Below, in pieces: positions 9,410 to 18,899 of a stretch of 64,000 nucleotides of DNA. The stretch is taken from the NCBI GenBank assembly GCA_050013255.1, contig JBEKFP010000001.1, positions 64,001 to 128,000 on the forward strand. Direction: 5' to 3'. Below the pieces are notes generated by a model. It did not search any database. It was not told where the DNA came from and was given only the letters and a program-made list of their open reading frames with translations. Position numbers and translations under genes: made by a program. Origin of the DNA: Candidatus Bathyarchaeia archaeon. Lineage in GTDB: Archaea; Thermoproteota; Bathyarchaeia; 40CM-2-53-6. Within the stretch, counting starts at the first letter, position 1. Each line of letters starts with the position of its first letter.

Positions 9410-10630
9410 TCAGTCTGTTCTTTGGGGCCTGATTAGGAGCACAGCCGAGACCGCCCCAAACAACGCCGCCGCACTCCCGGCCATAAGCGCAAAGAAGAAA
9501 CTCTTCGTAACCTCTAGGATGTAACCCGTCAAAACGGCGACGACGATTCCAGCAACATTTCCTCCAAAATTCTGAACACCCCCCATTGTCCCCGTGAAGC
9601 GTCTAGGAGTCGCCTCAACGAGCGCAACCCAGAGTGACGGGGTCGAAAAGCCGAGTGCGGCTCCTGCCAGGCTCAAGGAAATCAAAGCGAGATAGGGCCC
9701 AGGGGCGTATGCGGTAGCAAACAGCATGATTGAAGCTGCCACCATCCCGACTGCAAAGAGCTTGCTGCGAAGACCAACCGGAGAACCGCCTCTCTTCACA
9801 AGAAAATCCGAAAGCACGCCGCCAACTAGAATCAATGTCACAACCGCGGAAATCAGCGGAAGAGTTGAGAAAAACCCTGCATTGAGAATTGTGAACTTTT
9901 GTTCTCGAACAAGATACGTCGGCAGCCAGAGGTTCAAGTAGTAGGCCACATACCCTTGACCGAAGCTAGCTAAGGTAAGTCCCAATCCCAGGGGGCTGAT
10001 TACTACTGGGAGGCTTTTGCGAATGCTAATTTTCTGTTTCGGTTCTTTTCTTGGTGCGCGGCTTAGAGGGTTGTCCTGAAAGACGAAAAGCCAGACGACA
10101 CACCACAAGAGTCCAAGGAGGCCCGTAGCGAAGAATACCCATGGCCAGCCGTAACTGACGGCCAACCAAGCTGCAAACGGAAAAGCTAGCACGGGACCTA
10201 ATCGGCCTCCTGCGATCCAAATTGATGTTGCTCGCGCTCGCTCTTCCTTCTTGTACCATCCGGAGGAGGTTACTTTTGCCCCAGACACGAAATTGGGTGC
10301 CTGAGTAACACCGAGAGCTGCCCTTAGCGCGAAGAGGGCAAGGAATGAGTTTGCAAAACCTGTGAGTATGGTGATTACCGATGTGGCTAACCCACCCACA
10401 AATAGACTTCGTTTCGCGCCGAACTTGTCTGTAACAAGCCCAGCGACCGGTTGAAGCATCGTGTAGATCCACAAGAATGCGGAGAGCACCAGTCCAAGTT
10501 CGAAATCCGAGAGATGCAAATCGCGCTGAAGGAGTGGTGCGACTGGCGACAAGTTCACTCGGAGAACGAATGTTACGAATATGCCTGCACTTGTGAGAAT
10601 GGCCATGGTCCAACGGTTGCGTAGTGGCAT
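9410..10630 (-). CDS. MFS transporter (anion:cation symporter-like)
   Basis: About 12 TM helices; R-NLS, G-VTDKFGAKR, W-LPTYL. Confidence 0.9.
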   Translation of the reverse strand: MPLRNRWTMAILTSAGIFVTFVLRVNLSPVAPLLQRDLHLSDFELGLVLSAFLWIYTMLQPVAGLVTDKFGAKRSLFVGGLATSVITILTGFANSFLALFALRAALGVTQAPNFVSGAKVTSSGWYKKEERARATSIWIAGGRLGPVLAFPFAAWLAVSYGWPWVFFATGLLGLLWCVVWLFVFQDNPLSRAPRKEPKQKISIRKSLPVVISPLGLGLTLASFGQGYVAYYLNLWLPTYLVREQKFTILNAGFFSTLPLISAVVTLILVGGVLSDFLVKRGGSPVGLRSKLFAVGMVAASIMLFATAYAPGPYLALISLSLAGAALGFSTPSLWVALVEATPRRFTGTMGGVQNFGGNVAGIVVAVLTGYILEVTKSFFFALMAGSAAALFGAVSAVLLIRPQRTD

Positions 10631-10652
10631 TTCGTCCCCTCAAAACGCGAGT

Positions 10653-11444
10653 CTATTGCGGGACAGGAACCATGTTCGCAAGCGCCATATCCGAAAGAGT
10701 GTACTTCCTTAAGTTGGCTACCTGTGTTGGGGTCAGAACGGTACAAGCGAAACCCCAGTGGAAAGATATCCAATCCCCCACCTTAGAGCCGGCCACGAAA
10801 CTGCGGCCTTGCACCTCACCGAGGACGCTTGTCTTAGTTGGAGCCCCTAAGAACAACTTGCCCTCCCGGCGCAACACGGGCTCATACTCGACGCTAAGAT
10901 TTCCCCTACCATCACTTCCGAGTATTTTTCCCCAAGAGATACGGCACTTGTCCATCATTCCACCGACCACATCGTCAGGTCCGCTTGCGTTCGCAAGCGA
11001 ATCCCGCACCGTACCCATCATTGAGAACGCGTTGAAGACATGTAACGCGTGGTGGGGAAAAGCCGCGTATGGCTGCGCGTCGAAAAGTTTCTTTACTTGT
11101 TCTTTCGAGAATTTCGTCTTCAGCCTGTCCCTTAGGTGGTCATAGAATTCCCCGGGTGAAATCTTTTCGAGGAAATCGTTCCCAATCCAGTAGGCTTCGA
11201 CGGCGCGGTAATCGAATGGGTCGCTTGCTCCAACCGATTGAGCGATGAACCGAAGGTAGGGGTAGGCAGCTTGAAAGCCAGTTAAGGCTTTTATCAATTC
11301 CTGGCTTGGTTTGTTGTTCAAACACGCATCGAGCAGTACTTCGTTTTCATCTGGCCCACAGTAGCCCAAGCGGTTAGGCATGAAACTATGGCGCGCCGCT
11401 AGGATCGCTCCGTCAATCCTTGGTGAACTCAAACTCATATCCAC
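10653..11444 (-). CDS. DUF6390-like protein with C-terminal HypC-like domain
   Basis: PNRLGYCGP, AYPYL, VEAYWIGN, PHH-LHVF, CRISWG, GDWISFHWGFAC. Confidence 0.85.
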   Translation of the reverse strand: MDMSLSSPRIDGAILAARHSFMPNRLGYCGPDENEVLLDACLNNKPSQELIKALTGFQAAYPYLRFIAQSVGASDPFDYRAVEAYWIGNDFLEKISPGEFYDHLRDRLKTKFSKEQVKKLFDAQPYAAFPHHALHVFNAFSMMGTVRDSLANASGPDDVVGGMMDKCRISWGKILGSDGRGNLSVEYEPVLRREGKLFLGAPTKTSVLGEVQGRSFVAGSKVGDWISFHWGFACTVLTPTQVANLRKYTLSDMALANMVPVPQ

Positions 11445-11447
11445 ACT

Positions 11448-11675
11448 TTAACTTCCTTGGAGTTCACGAATAACCCTCCAAGCTTCCAACGCTTCCTCCG
11501 CCTCTCTGTCGGATAGGACTCTGATTGCGAAACCACCCTGAACAAGAACGTAATTGCCTATCTGAGCTTTTACGAGCGAGAGGTTCACATTGTCTCTAAT
11601 GCCGTCTGCGCCATAATCCACCGATGCAGACCCTCCCCTAATCGCCACGACCTTGCCGGGGAAACTGAGACACAC
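11448..11675 (-). CDS. hypC: HypC/HybG/HupF family chaperone
   Basis: GTG at 11675 gives MCLSFPGKVV...IGNYVLVQGGFAIRVLS; the ORF-track start at 11795 is too long. Confidence 0.88.
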   Translation of the reverse strand: MCLSFPGKVVAIRGGSASVDYGADGIRDNVNLSLVKAQIGNYVLVQGGFAIRVLSDREAEEALEAWRVIRELQGS

Positions 11676-11818
11676 GGCGGCACACCCATATCGATACTCG
11701 TTTTCCAATGCTATATGTTTGTGATGCCGTTCCCAAGAGTGGGATAGAGATTTGATAAGGAAACCAGCAACCACCTTCATAACCCAAGGAACCACAGCCC
11801 GATTTAGGTGCGTTCCAC

Positions 11819-12502
11819 TTGACTAGGCCTCCAGAAGTCATAACCTCTGCGGAGGGCGAGGTATTCGACGTGGAACTTGAGATTGACATCCTAAGAGAGA
11901 ACCAACGCCTCGCCGACGAGAACAAGAAAAAGCTAGATGCAAACAAGATCCACGCAATTGATGTCATGGGTTCGGTGGGGTCAGGAAAAACCTCCCTCAT
12001 CAAGGCTATCGTTTCTAGACTGAAGAACAAACACCGGATCGCAGTAATTGAGGGAGACGTAACTACAACGATTGATTCTGAGCTCATCGCCTCTGAGGGA
12101 ATCCCGACCGTTCAGGTCAACACAGGCAAAGAATGCCACCTGGATGCGAACCTCATCAGGAAGGCCTTGGACCGAATGCCATTGGACCGGCTTGACCTGA
12201 TCTTCATTGAGAATGTAGGAAACCTGATTTGCCCAGCCGAGTTTCCGCTTGGGTCCGATAGACGATTGGTCGTGATCAGCGTGACGGAGGGCCCCTACAT
12301 GGTTCTCAAGCACCCGATGATGTTTCTCGGCGCCAAGGTTGTGGCCATAAACAAAGTAGACTTGGCCAAGGCGATGGATGTTGAACCCGAGAAGCTAAGC
12401 GCCGATGTTGCCAAACTGAACCCAAAGGCGGTTACTGTTCCCACAAGTTGCAAGAACGGAAAAGGCATCGAAGAAGTCATCAAAGCACTCGGGTTGAGTT
12501 AG
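11819..12502 (+). CDS. hypB: Nickel-insertion GTPase HypB
   Basis: GSVGSGKT, IEGD, NTGKECHLDA, IENVGNLICPAEF, NKVD. Confidence 0.96.
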   Translation: MTRPPEVITSAEGEVFDVELEIDILRENQRLADENKKKLDANKIHAIDVMGSVGSGKTSLIKAIVSRLKNKHRIAVIEGDVTTTIDSELIASEGIPTVQVNTGKECHLDANLIRKALDRMPLDRLDLIFIENVGNLICPAEFPLGSDRRLVVISVTEGPYMVLKHPMMFLGAKVVAINKVDLAKAMDVEPEKLSADVAKLNPKAVTVPTSCKNGKGIEEVIKALGLS

Positions 12503-12513
12503 TGGTTTAGAGT

Positions 12514-12930
12514 ATGCATGAGTTCTCTTTTGCCACATCAATTGTAGAGTCGCTTCTCGACCTCGCAAATAAGCAGGGGGCGAGTAAGGTGTTGGGGGTT
12601 CACATGAGAATTGGAAAACTCAGAGCTCTATCGACCGAGCAGTTGAGCTTCTCGTATGGCATACTTGCCAAGGGCACCATTCTCGAAGGCTCCAAGTTGA
12701 CGGTAGAGGAATCGGCCGGAAGCCTAAGGTGTACTCACTGCGAGTATCACGGAGAATTCGACCCCGAAGGTGATTTGTCCTTTCACTTTGGAATACCGCC
12801 CCTCATCTGCCCGCAATGCGGTAGCGGTCTGAGTATCGAAGGCGGTGATGAATGCACGATAACAAGCGTTCGGATGCTTCTACCGACAACCATGAAAGAA
12901 AGTGAGCCCGCAGCCGAGACCTCGAATTGA
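12514..12930 (+). CDS. hypA: Nickel metallochaperone HypA
   Basis: MHEFS N-terminus, CTHC...CPQC. Confidence 0.96.
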   Translation: MHEFSFATSIVESLLDLANKQGASKVLGVHMRIGKLRALSTEQLSFSYGILAKGTILEGSKLTVEESAGSLRCTHCEYHGEFDPEGDLSFHFGIPPLICPQCGSGLSIEGGDECTITSVRMLLPTTMKESEPAAETSN

Positions 12931-13038
12931 GGAAGCTGGCAGCCACGCGACGCCTATTCTCTATATAGAAAAGCGGCGGAATATATAACTGGCCTCTCCA
13001 GCTGACAGTAGTTTCGATTTCCGCACCACATCAGAGTA

Positions 13039-14154
13039 ATGACCAGAGTGAAAGCAGAATTGGAGATAAGAAAGGTCCAGAGAGTCGGGCATTCGACCTT
13101 AACGGTCTCCCTTCCCAGAGATTGGGTTAGGCAAGTTGGACTAAAGCAGGGGGGCGTAGTCACCCTTCGCCTTTCCGAATTCGGCGAACTCATTGTTACC
13201 CCCGGCAGCGAGATGGAATCTGAAGAGATGACGGTCTGCAAAATAAACGCTGATGCCTGCAGGGACCGAGACTTTCTTTCAAGAATGATTACGGGCAACT
13301 ACATCCTGGGCCGCGACACTATCATAGTGTCATCAACCACAGAACTAAAGGCGGAACAATTGGCTGAAATCCGGGACTCAACACGAAGGTTGAGCGGTCT
13401 AGGTATCGTTGAGCAAACACCAAAGGAGACCGTGATTCAATGCTTTCTTGACCCTTCCAAATTCACGGTCACCGGCCTACTCACACGCCTACACAAAGTA
13501 GCTGTCTCAATGCTCGAGACGGCCATGCAGGCCTTGAAGGACAGAAAGTTTTCCCTAGCCCTAGAAGTGTTAGAACTTGAGAACGAAGCCGACCGCCTAT
13601 ACTGGCTGATCCTGCGGCAAATATTCAGGGCGATTTCGAAGATACCGCTCTCGCGACATGTCGGAATAGAATCAGCAACCCACGCTGTAGGCTATCGGGC
13701 TGTGTCAAAGTACCTCGAAGAGATGGCTGACTGTAGTGAATCGATCGCCAACCTAGTTCTCTCCATGGCCGATGAGAACTGCCTTGAATACTCCTCAGTA
13801 ATAGACGAAGTGTGCAAGTTTGGAGCTGAAACCATCGCTATATCGAAAAGTGGAATGGATTCACTTAGCATGCTGGATGTCGAAATGGCAAACGCAATCG
13901 TGGCCCGCTCAAAACACGCTGAAGAAATGGAAAAAGAGGTCATAGAACTCGTTGTGTCATCGGTTCAAGAACCCAAGCTAGCATTGGCACTAAGGGGCAT
14001 CGTATGGAACCTCGCGGAAGTATCCCGCTCCGCTCAAATGGTCGCTGAGATCGCAATCAACCGCTACCTTGAAAGCAATAGCGACATGTGTCAATTCTGG
14101 AAAGAGCGGAAGAGCGGGGGAGACGTTCAATACCTAAGGAAGGTCGTAGCCTAG
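13039..14154 (+). CDS. AbrB/MazE-PhoU family regulator, paralog 2
   Basis: RKVQRVGHSTLTVSLPRDWV, ENEADRLYWLILRQ; clear paralog of 3154-4218. Confidence 0.9.
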   Translation: MTRVKAELEIRKVQRVGHSTLTVSLPRDWVRQVGLKQGGVVTLRLSEFGELIVTPGSEMESEEMTVCKINADACRDRDFLSRMITGNYILGRDTIIVSSTTELKAEQLAEIRDSTRRLSGLGIVEQTPKETVIQCFLDPSKFTVTGLLTRLHKVAVSMLETAMQALKDRKFSLALEVLELENEADRLYWLILRQIFRAISKIPLSRHVGIESATHAVGYRAVSKYLEEMADCSESIANLVLSMADENCLEYSSVIDEVCKFGAETIAISKSGMDSLSMLDVEMANAIVARSKHAEEMEKEVIELVVSSVQEPKLALALRGIVWNLAEVSRSAQMVAEIAINRYLESNSDMCQFWKERKSGGDVQYLRKVVA

Positions 14155-15608
14155 ACTCATTCTTTGACCCCAAATCCCTAGCCATTGTTGGTGCATCGTC
14201 CACACCCCTCCGCATAGGCTACGTCATGGCCCAAAACATGGTGGCCAATCATGCGAGAGGAATTTTCAAAGGCGAAGTTTACCTAGTAAACCCGAACCAC
14301 GACGAAATCCTCGGCCAGAGGAGCTACCCTTCCATCTCGGCGATCAAGAGGCATGTTGAGACAATCGTGGTGGCCATCCCCGCTGCAGGCGTCCCAGATG
14401 TGATCGAAGAAGCTGGAAAAGCCGGGGCTAACGCAGCGATAGTAATATCGTCGGGATTCGCGGAGGTCGGCAACAGAGCATTAGAAGATAAACTCGTAGA
14501 CGTAGCGAGAAGATACGGAATCAGGGTAGTAGGGCCGAACTGCCTGGGAATCTATGACGCCTATACCGGCATGGACACGCTTTTCCTACCGGAAACAAAA
14601 TTCCTCTCGGACGGGCGCGAAGTCGTCGCGACCCCACGGCCGAGACCTGGTTCAGTCTCGTTCCTAACCCAGAGCGGGGCATTCGGTGCAGCGGCGTTAG
14701 ACTACATGGCAGGCCATGGGATGGGCATACGTGGATTCGTTAGTTATGGGAATAGGTGCGACGTGACAGAGGATGAGTTCCTTGAATACTTCACGAACGA
14801 CGGCCAAACCAAAGTAATCCTGATGTACGTTGAAGGCCTCGCCAAAGGAAGAGAATTCCTTGAAAGGGCAAAGGAGGCCACAAGAAAGAAACCGGTCGTT
14901 GCGCTCAAGTCAGGTAGGACAGAGGCGGGAACTAGAGCCGCCGCATCACATACCGCAGCCCTAGCCGGGATCGAGCAGATTTACGAGGGAGCGTTCAAGC
15001 AAGCAGGAATCATAAGGGTGCGAAACGTTGAAGAGCTATTCGACTTCGGGCGTGCGTTAGCCCTTCAACCCCCAGCATATACGCAAAGCGTAGCCGTTCT
15101 GACGAACGCTGGCGGACCAGGAATTATTGCGGCTGACGCACTGGAAGAATCTGGGTTGAAGGTGCACAAGTTTTCTGAACGAATCATGTCGAAATTCGAT
15201 GACTTCAAGGCGAAGAAGCTGCTTCTGCCAGTTCTTTCAGGGTTCAATCCCATGGACCTTTCGGCAGAGGCCACGAGCGAGATGTTTGCGCTCGCCATAT
15301 CAACGATCTTGGACGATCCCGAAATAGGAGGGCTTGTCTTGATTACGTTGCACCACGCTCCGACGATACTTGATGATGCTGTGGATAAGATCGCGAAAAC
15401 TATACCAAAATACGGAAAACCTGTTACAGTATGCGACATGGGCGGAACGGAAATGGCGGAGACAATGAGAATGGCGTTTGAGAAGAGGGGCATACCATCC
15501 TACTCGGTGCCCGAAAGGGCCGCTCGTGCACTCTGGGCATTGTCATACTACGGAACTTATTTGCAAGACCATGGTGTTGTAAGGGCCGCAGGGGAAATCG
15601 CAGCTTAG
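14088..15608 (+). CDS. acdA: Acyl-CoA synthetase (ADP-forming) alpha subunit
   Basis: AIVGAS, VGPNCLG, QSGAFG, SHTAALAG phospho-His, NAGGPG, NPMDL; true start may be slightly downstream. Confidence 0.9.
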   Translation: MSILERAEERGRRSIPKEGRSLDSFFDPKSLAIVGASSTPLRIGYVMAQNMVANHARGIFKGEVYLVNPNHDEILGQRSYPSISAIKRHVETIVVAIPAAGVPDVIEEAGKAGANAAIVISSGFAEVGNRALEDKLVDVARRYGIRVVGPNCLGIYDAYTGMDTLFLPETKFLSDGREVVATPRPRPGSVSFLTQSGAFGAAALDYMAGHGMGIRGFVSYGNRCDVTEDEFLEYFTNDGQTKVILMYVEGLAKGREFLERAKEATRKKPVVALKSGRTEAGTRAAASHTAALAGIEQIYEGAFKQAGIIRVRNVEELFDFGRALALQPPAYTQSVAVLTNAGGPGIIAADALEESGLKVHKFSERIMSKFDDFKAKKLLLPVLSGFNPMDLSAEATSEMFALAISTILDDPEIGGLVLITLHHAPTILDDAVDKIAKTIPKYGKPVTVCDMGGTEMAETMRMAFEKRGIPSYSVPERAARALWALSYYGTYLQDHGVVRAAGEIAA

Positions 15609-15621
15609 GATAAGACTCCTT

Positions 15622-16785
15622 TTGTTAGTCACAAGTTTGCCCAAGTATGTTGAGGAGCTCAAAAGCCACCCCTTAGATCCACTCGTTTCGAGCCTGGTTG
15701 ACTCCTCAGCCGACAGCAACCTCGCCAAGATAGTAGGCTTGCTGAGGGAACGCGGTGTTTACGAAGTCTTCGTTCCGGAAGGCACTCGGTGCGGAATGAT
15801 ATGCGCGAGGGACGTTTTGAAGACAACTAACATTGAAACTACGAAAACCAGTGCCGTTATGTCATACGTCCCTTCGCTTGAGAGAGATGCGTTAGTCAGC
15901 GAAGCGGCTAGGCTGATGACGGACTACAGAGTAAGAGCCGTGCCCATTTCTGACGGTCGCAAAATCATTGGTCAAGTAAACTGCGGGCGCATCCTCCTGG
16001 AATTGAAAGGTAAGCTCGGTGGTGACCTACGAATCGCTTCTCTTGCGACAAAGGATCCTATAACGGTCGACGACACGGCGCCGGTTGGGAAAGCGAGAGA
16101 ACTCATGGTTCGGAAGCGAATCGACCATCTACCAGTGACTACAAGAGGCAGAATAGCTGGAACCATAACGTCCTTTCAAATCCTCACAAGCATGGCCCCA
16201 CCAGAACGGGTTGGAAGCAAATCGACGAAACCCGAAATCCGGCGCAACCTCGAGTATCTAGTTGGCGATGCGATGGAGCGAGACCCTTTGACCTGTTCCC
16301 CTGAAACTAGCGCCGAACAAGCTTTGGATATGATGCTAAAGAGCCAAAGAACTTGCATTCTCGTCACACAATGGGAGGAACTCCAAGGAATAGCCACCCA
16401 AAGAGATTTCATGGCCCTCCTTGCTGAGGCAGAGCCTGAACCTGAAGTCCCGGTCTTTATGGTTGGACTTCCCGAGGATCCGTTCGAGGCTGAGGCAACG
16501 AAAGCGAAGTTCAAACGAACCATTACTCAGCTCCACCGGAGTTTTCCTGACATTCTCGAAGCGAGGTCTGTCATAAAATCAAAATTCACGAAGCCCGGTA
16601 GGGAGCGAGGTCGGTATGAAGTGACGGTTCATATCAAGACGCCTAGGAACGCTTACAGTTACTCAGAAGGCGGTTATGAACTCCCAGTCATATACGACCT
16701 GATAACGGACAGACTTAAACGCCTACTAACGCAGAAACAAAAACGCCGAAGAACGCGCGAGAGGGAGCGACAAGAAGCAGTCTAG
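15622..16785 (+). CDS. Four-CBS-domain protein with C-terminal HPF/RaiA-like domain (putative ribosome hibernation factor)
   Basis: Two CBS pairs (RAVPI, IDHLPV); C-terminal ~110 aa with beta-alpha-beta-beta-beta-alpha pattern and basic tail. Confidence 0.75.
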   Translation: MLVTSLPKYVEELKSHPLDPLVSSLVDSSADSNLAKIVGLLRERGVYEVFVPEGTRCGMICARDVLKTTNIETTKTSAVMSYVPSLERDALVSEAARLMTDYRVRAVPISDGRKIIGQVNCGRILLELKGKLGGDLRIASLATKDPITVDDTAPVGKARELMVRKRIDHLPVTTRGRIAGTITSFQILTSMAPPERVGSKSTKPEIRRNLEYLVGDAMERDPLTCSPETSAEQALDMMLKSQRTCILVTQWEELQGIATQRDFMALLAEAEPEPEVPVFMVGLPEDPFEAEATKAKFKRTITQLHRSFPDILEARSVIKSKFTKPGRERGRYEVTVHIKTPRNAYSYSEGGYELPVIYDLITDRLKRLLTQKQKRRRTRERERQEAV

Positions 16786-16816
16786 TTCGCTTTGAACTAT
16801 CAGGAGTAATTACTAC

Positions 16817-18841
16817 TTGCTGCTGCCTACCAGAATGAAGAGGGTTGAGATCATTGTCCCGCAAAGAAAGTTCGATGACGTCATGCTCTACCTCCGCGAA
16901 CAGAACGCGATTGAACTCCTTGACGTTAAGGAAATGATCAAGGGGTACGGTGGCGGCGTAACCTCAACAACAGTCTCGGATAGACTCTACCGACTTACGA
17001 CACTTGAATCAAAAATCAATTCAATCATAGCAGCACTCCAACTCACATCGCTGCAATCGAAACAAGTTCAAGTGGACCGAAGAATCTCTGATGAGCAAAT
17101 CGCCGAAATCGAGAAGCGAGTGGCCGAAATCGAACAGCAAGTAACCACACTCACAAACGAATCCCAAGCCATCGAATCATTGATTTCCTACGCAGAGCGA
17201 CAGCTGCACGCCAGCATAGAGGAAATCACGAAAATCGAGAACGTAAATTCACCCGAAGGAAGACATAGGCTCGAAGAAATCGTCGCCGGTATCTTCCAGA
17301 CGCTTAAACCTTCAGAGATTAAGATCACTGGGCAGCTTGAAGAAATAGTCCAAGCTAAGGCATTGGAAGACGCCGTTGTCAAGGACATTTCAGATAATGT
17401 GGCCAAGATCCTAGCCAAAAAGCGTGACGAAAAAGCGATTGCTGACGCCATCACGCAGACGCTAGGCCTCAAACTGAAGGCCGCGGGTCGAGGCAAACGG
17501 TTAGCATATGAGGACACTAGTAGAATTGAAGAGTCGAAGCAGAGACTCAGGGAACTCAAAGAAAAGCTTACTGAAATAAGCCGAACCGATGGCGATTTCC
17601 TTCTAATCAACAGGGAGATTATCGGCGCAGAGAGAGCCTTCGAGCAGGCCAAGGCGTACACAGGCAAAACAGAATCGACTTCTATGATTGAGGGGTGGAT
17701 GCCCGCCTCAAAAATCAACACAATCAGATCCGCGCTTCAAGAGATGTGCGGCGGGGAAGTGATAATGAAGGATTGGGTGAGTAAAGATGCGCCGACTAAT
17801 GTCTCGAAGCCGAAACTCCCAGTGCTTCAGATTTTCGAAAAGCTGACCCTTGGCTTCGGCGTCCCAAACAGTGATGAGGTTGACCCCACGGTATTGTGGC
17901 TCGTCACCTACCCACTCTTTTTCGGATTCATGTTTGGCGATGTGGGTAACGGGTTTGTAGTGATGGTTGTTTCAACAATATTCTGGATCAAGAAGAGGCA
18001 GGGGTTGGTTATTTCGGACAATGCTTACGGCGGTTTAGGAGGAGTATTCAGCATGATAATTCAAGGAGCACCATTACTCGTGCTCAGTGGCGCCTCAGCG
18101 CTCGTTGTAGGATTCCTCTACGGGACGGTTTTCGGCAGCGTCGCATGGTTCCGAATGGTCACGGGCCTCCCGGGACCTCTATGGTTCGAACCTTTCGAGA
18201 ATATTCGGCTGATGCTGAGGCTGTCCATTACTATCGGGGTAATCCATATCATGTCAGGCCTATGCTTGGACATATTCAACAAGGCCTACGCTAGGGAATA
18301 TCACGAACTAGTTTCTGGCCCGCTCGTTTGGCTCTGGTTCTACGGCGCTTTTGGGATTACGTTGCTTCAATACGGGCTGCGATTTCCAAATTACCTCTTC
18401 GACTCCAAGAACACGGTCGACATCTTCCTTAGGATAGGACTCCCGCTCATCGCCATGATGGTGCTGAAGCTTTGGGCAGAAGGGTCCATGGGTCTTATGC
18501 ACGGCTTCGAAAATCTCTTGTCGTCCCTGTCCCACACGATTTCCTATGTTCGAATTTTAGCCATGAAGTTGATCGACGACGTCTTTCTCCGGCTCTTCCT
18601 CGGAGTTCTCGTCTTCTTCATGGCTTGGGGCAATGTTGCTGGGACAGTTCTAGGGTACGTGCTTTTCTCAGCCTTAACGATCGTACTAATTCTGATTTTG
18701 GAAACAGCTTTTGTGTTCATGCAGTCGCTTCGACTTCACTGGGTCGAGTGGTTCATGAAATTCTATGGTGGCAACGGGACAGCCTTCAAACCATACGGCG
18801 CCGAGCGGGCTCACACGAAGGTTCGTACAGGCGCACAGTAG
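16817..18841 (+). CDS. atpI: A/V-type ATP synthase subunit I (a)
   Basis: IEGW-P, E-DPT, FFGFMFGDVG-G, SHTISYVRILA (essential Arg), LRLHWVEW. Confidence 0.93.
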   Translation: MLLPTRMKRVEIIVPQRKFDDVMLYLREQNAIELLDVKEMIKGYGGGVTSTTVSDRLYRLTTLESKINSIIAALQLTSLQSKQVQVDRRISDEQIAEIEKRVAEIEQQVTTLTNESQAIESLISYAERQLHASIEEITKIENVNSPEGRHRLEEIVAGIFQTLKPSEIKITGQLEEIVQAKALEDAVVKDISDNVAKILAKKRDEKAIADAITQTLGLKLKAAGRGKRLAYEDTSRIEESKQRLRELKEKLTEISRTDGDFLLINREIIGAERAFEQAKAYTGKTESTSMIEGWMPASKINTIRSALQEMCGGEVIMKDWVSKDAPTNVSKPKLPVLQIFEKLTLGFGVPNSDEVDPTVLWLVTYPLFFGFMFGDVGNGFVVMVVSTIFWIKKRQGLVISDNAYGGLGGVFSMIIQGAPLLVLSGASALVVGFLYGTVFGSVAWFRMVTGLPGPLWFEPFENIRLMLRLSITIGVIHIMSGLCLDIFNKAYAREYHELVSGPLVWLWFYGAFGITLLQYGLRFPNYLFDSKNTVDIFLRIGLPLIAMMVLKLWAEGSMGLMHGFENLLSSLSHTISYVRILAMKLIDDVFLRLFLGVLVFFMAWGNVAGTVLGYVLFSALTIVLILILETAFVFMQSLRLHWVEWFMKFYGGNGTAFKPYGAERAHTKVRTGAQ

Positions 18842-18899
18842 GCTATTCTGAAATTGAACTAGCTTCGAAAGTCTGATTCCATGTCGTCGGTCAAACTTT

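Noticed and set aside
10026-10643. 205-aa alternative-frame ORF inside the MFS gene
   Set aside because: Overlaps a well-supported gene and has no recognisable motifs
11676-11795. N-terminal extension of HypC in the ORF track
   Set aside because: HypC needs Cys at position 2; GTG at 11675 gives MCLSFPG, and the extension spans the divergent promoter
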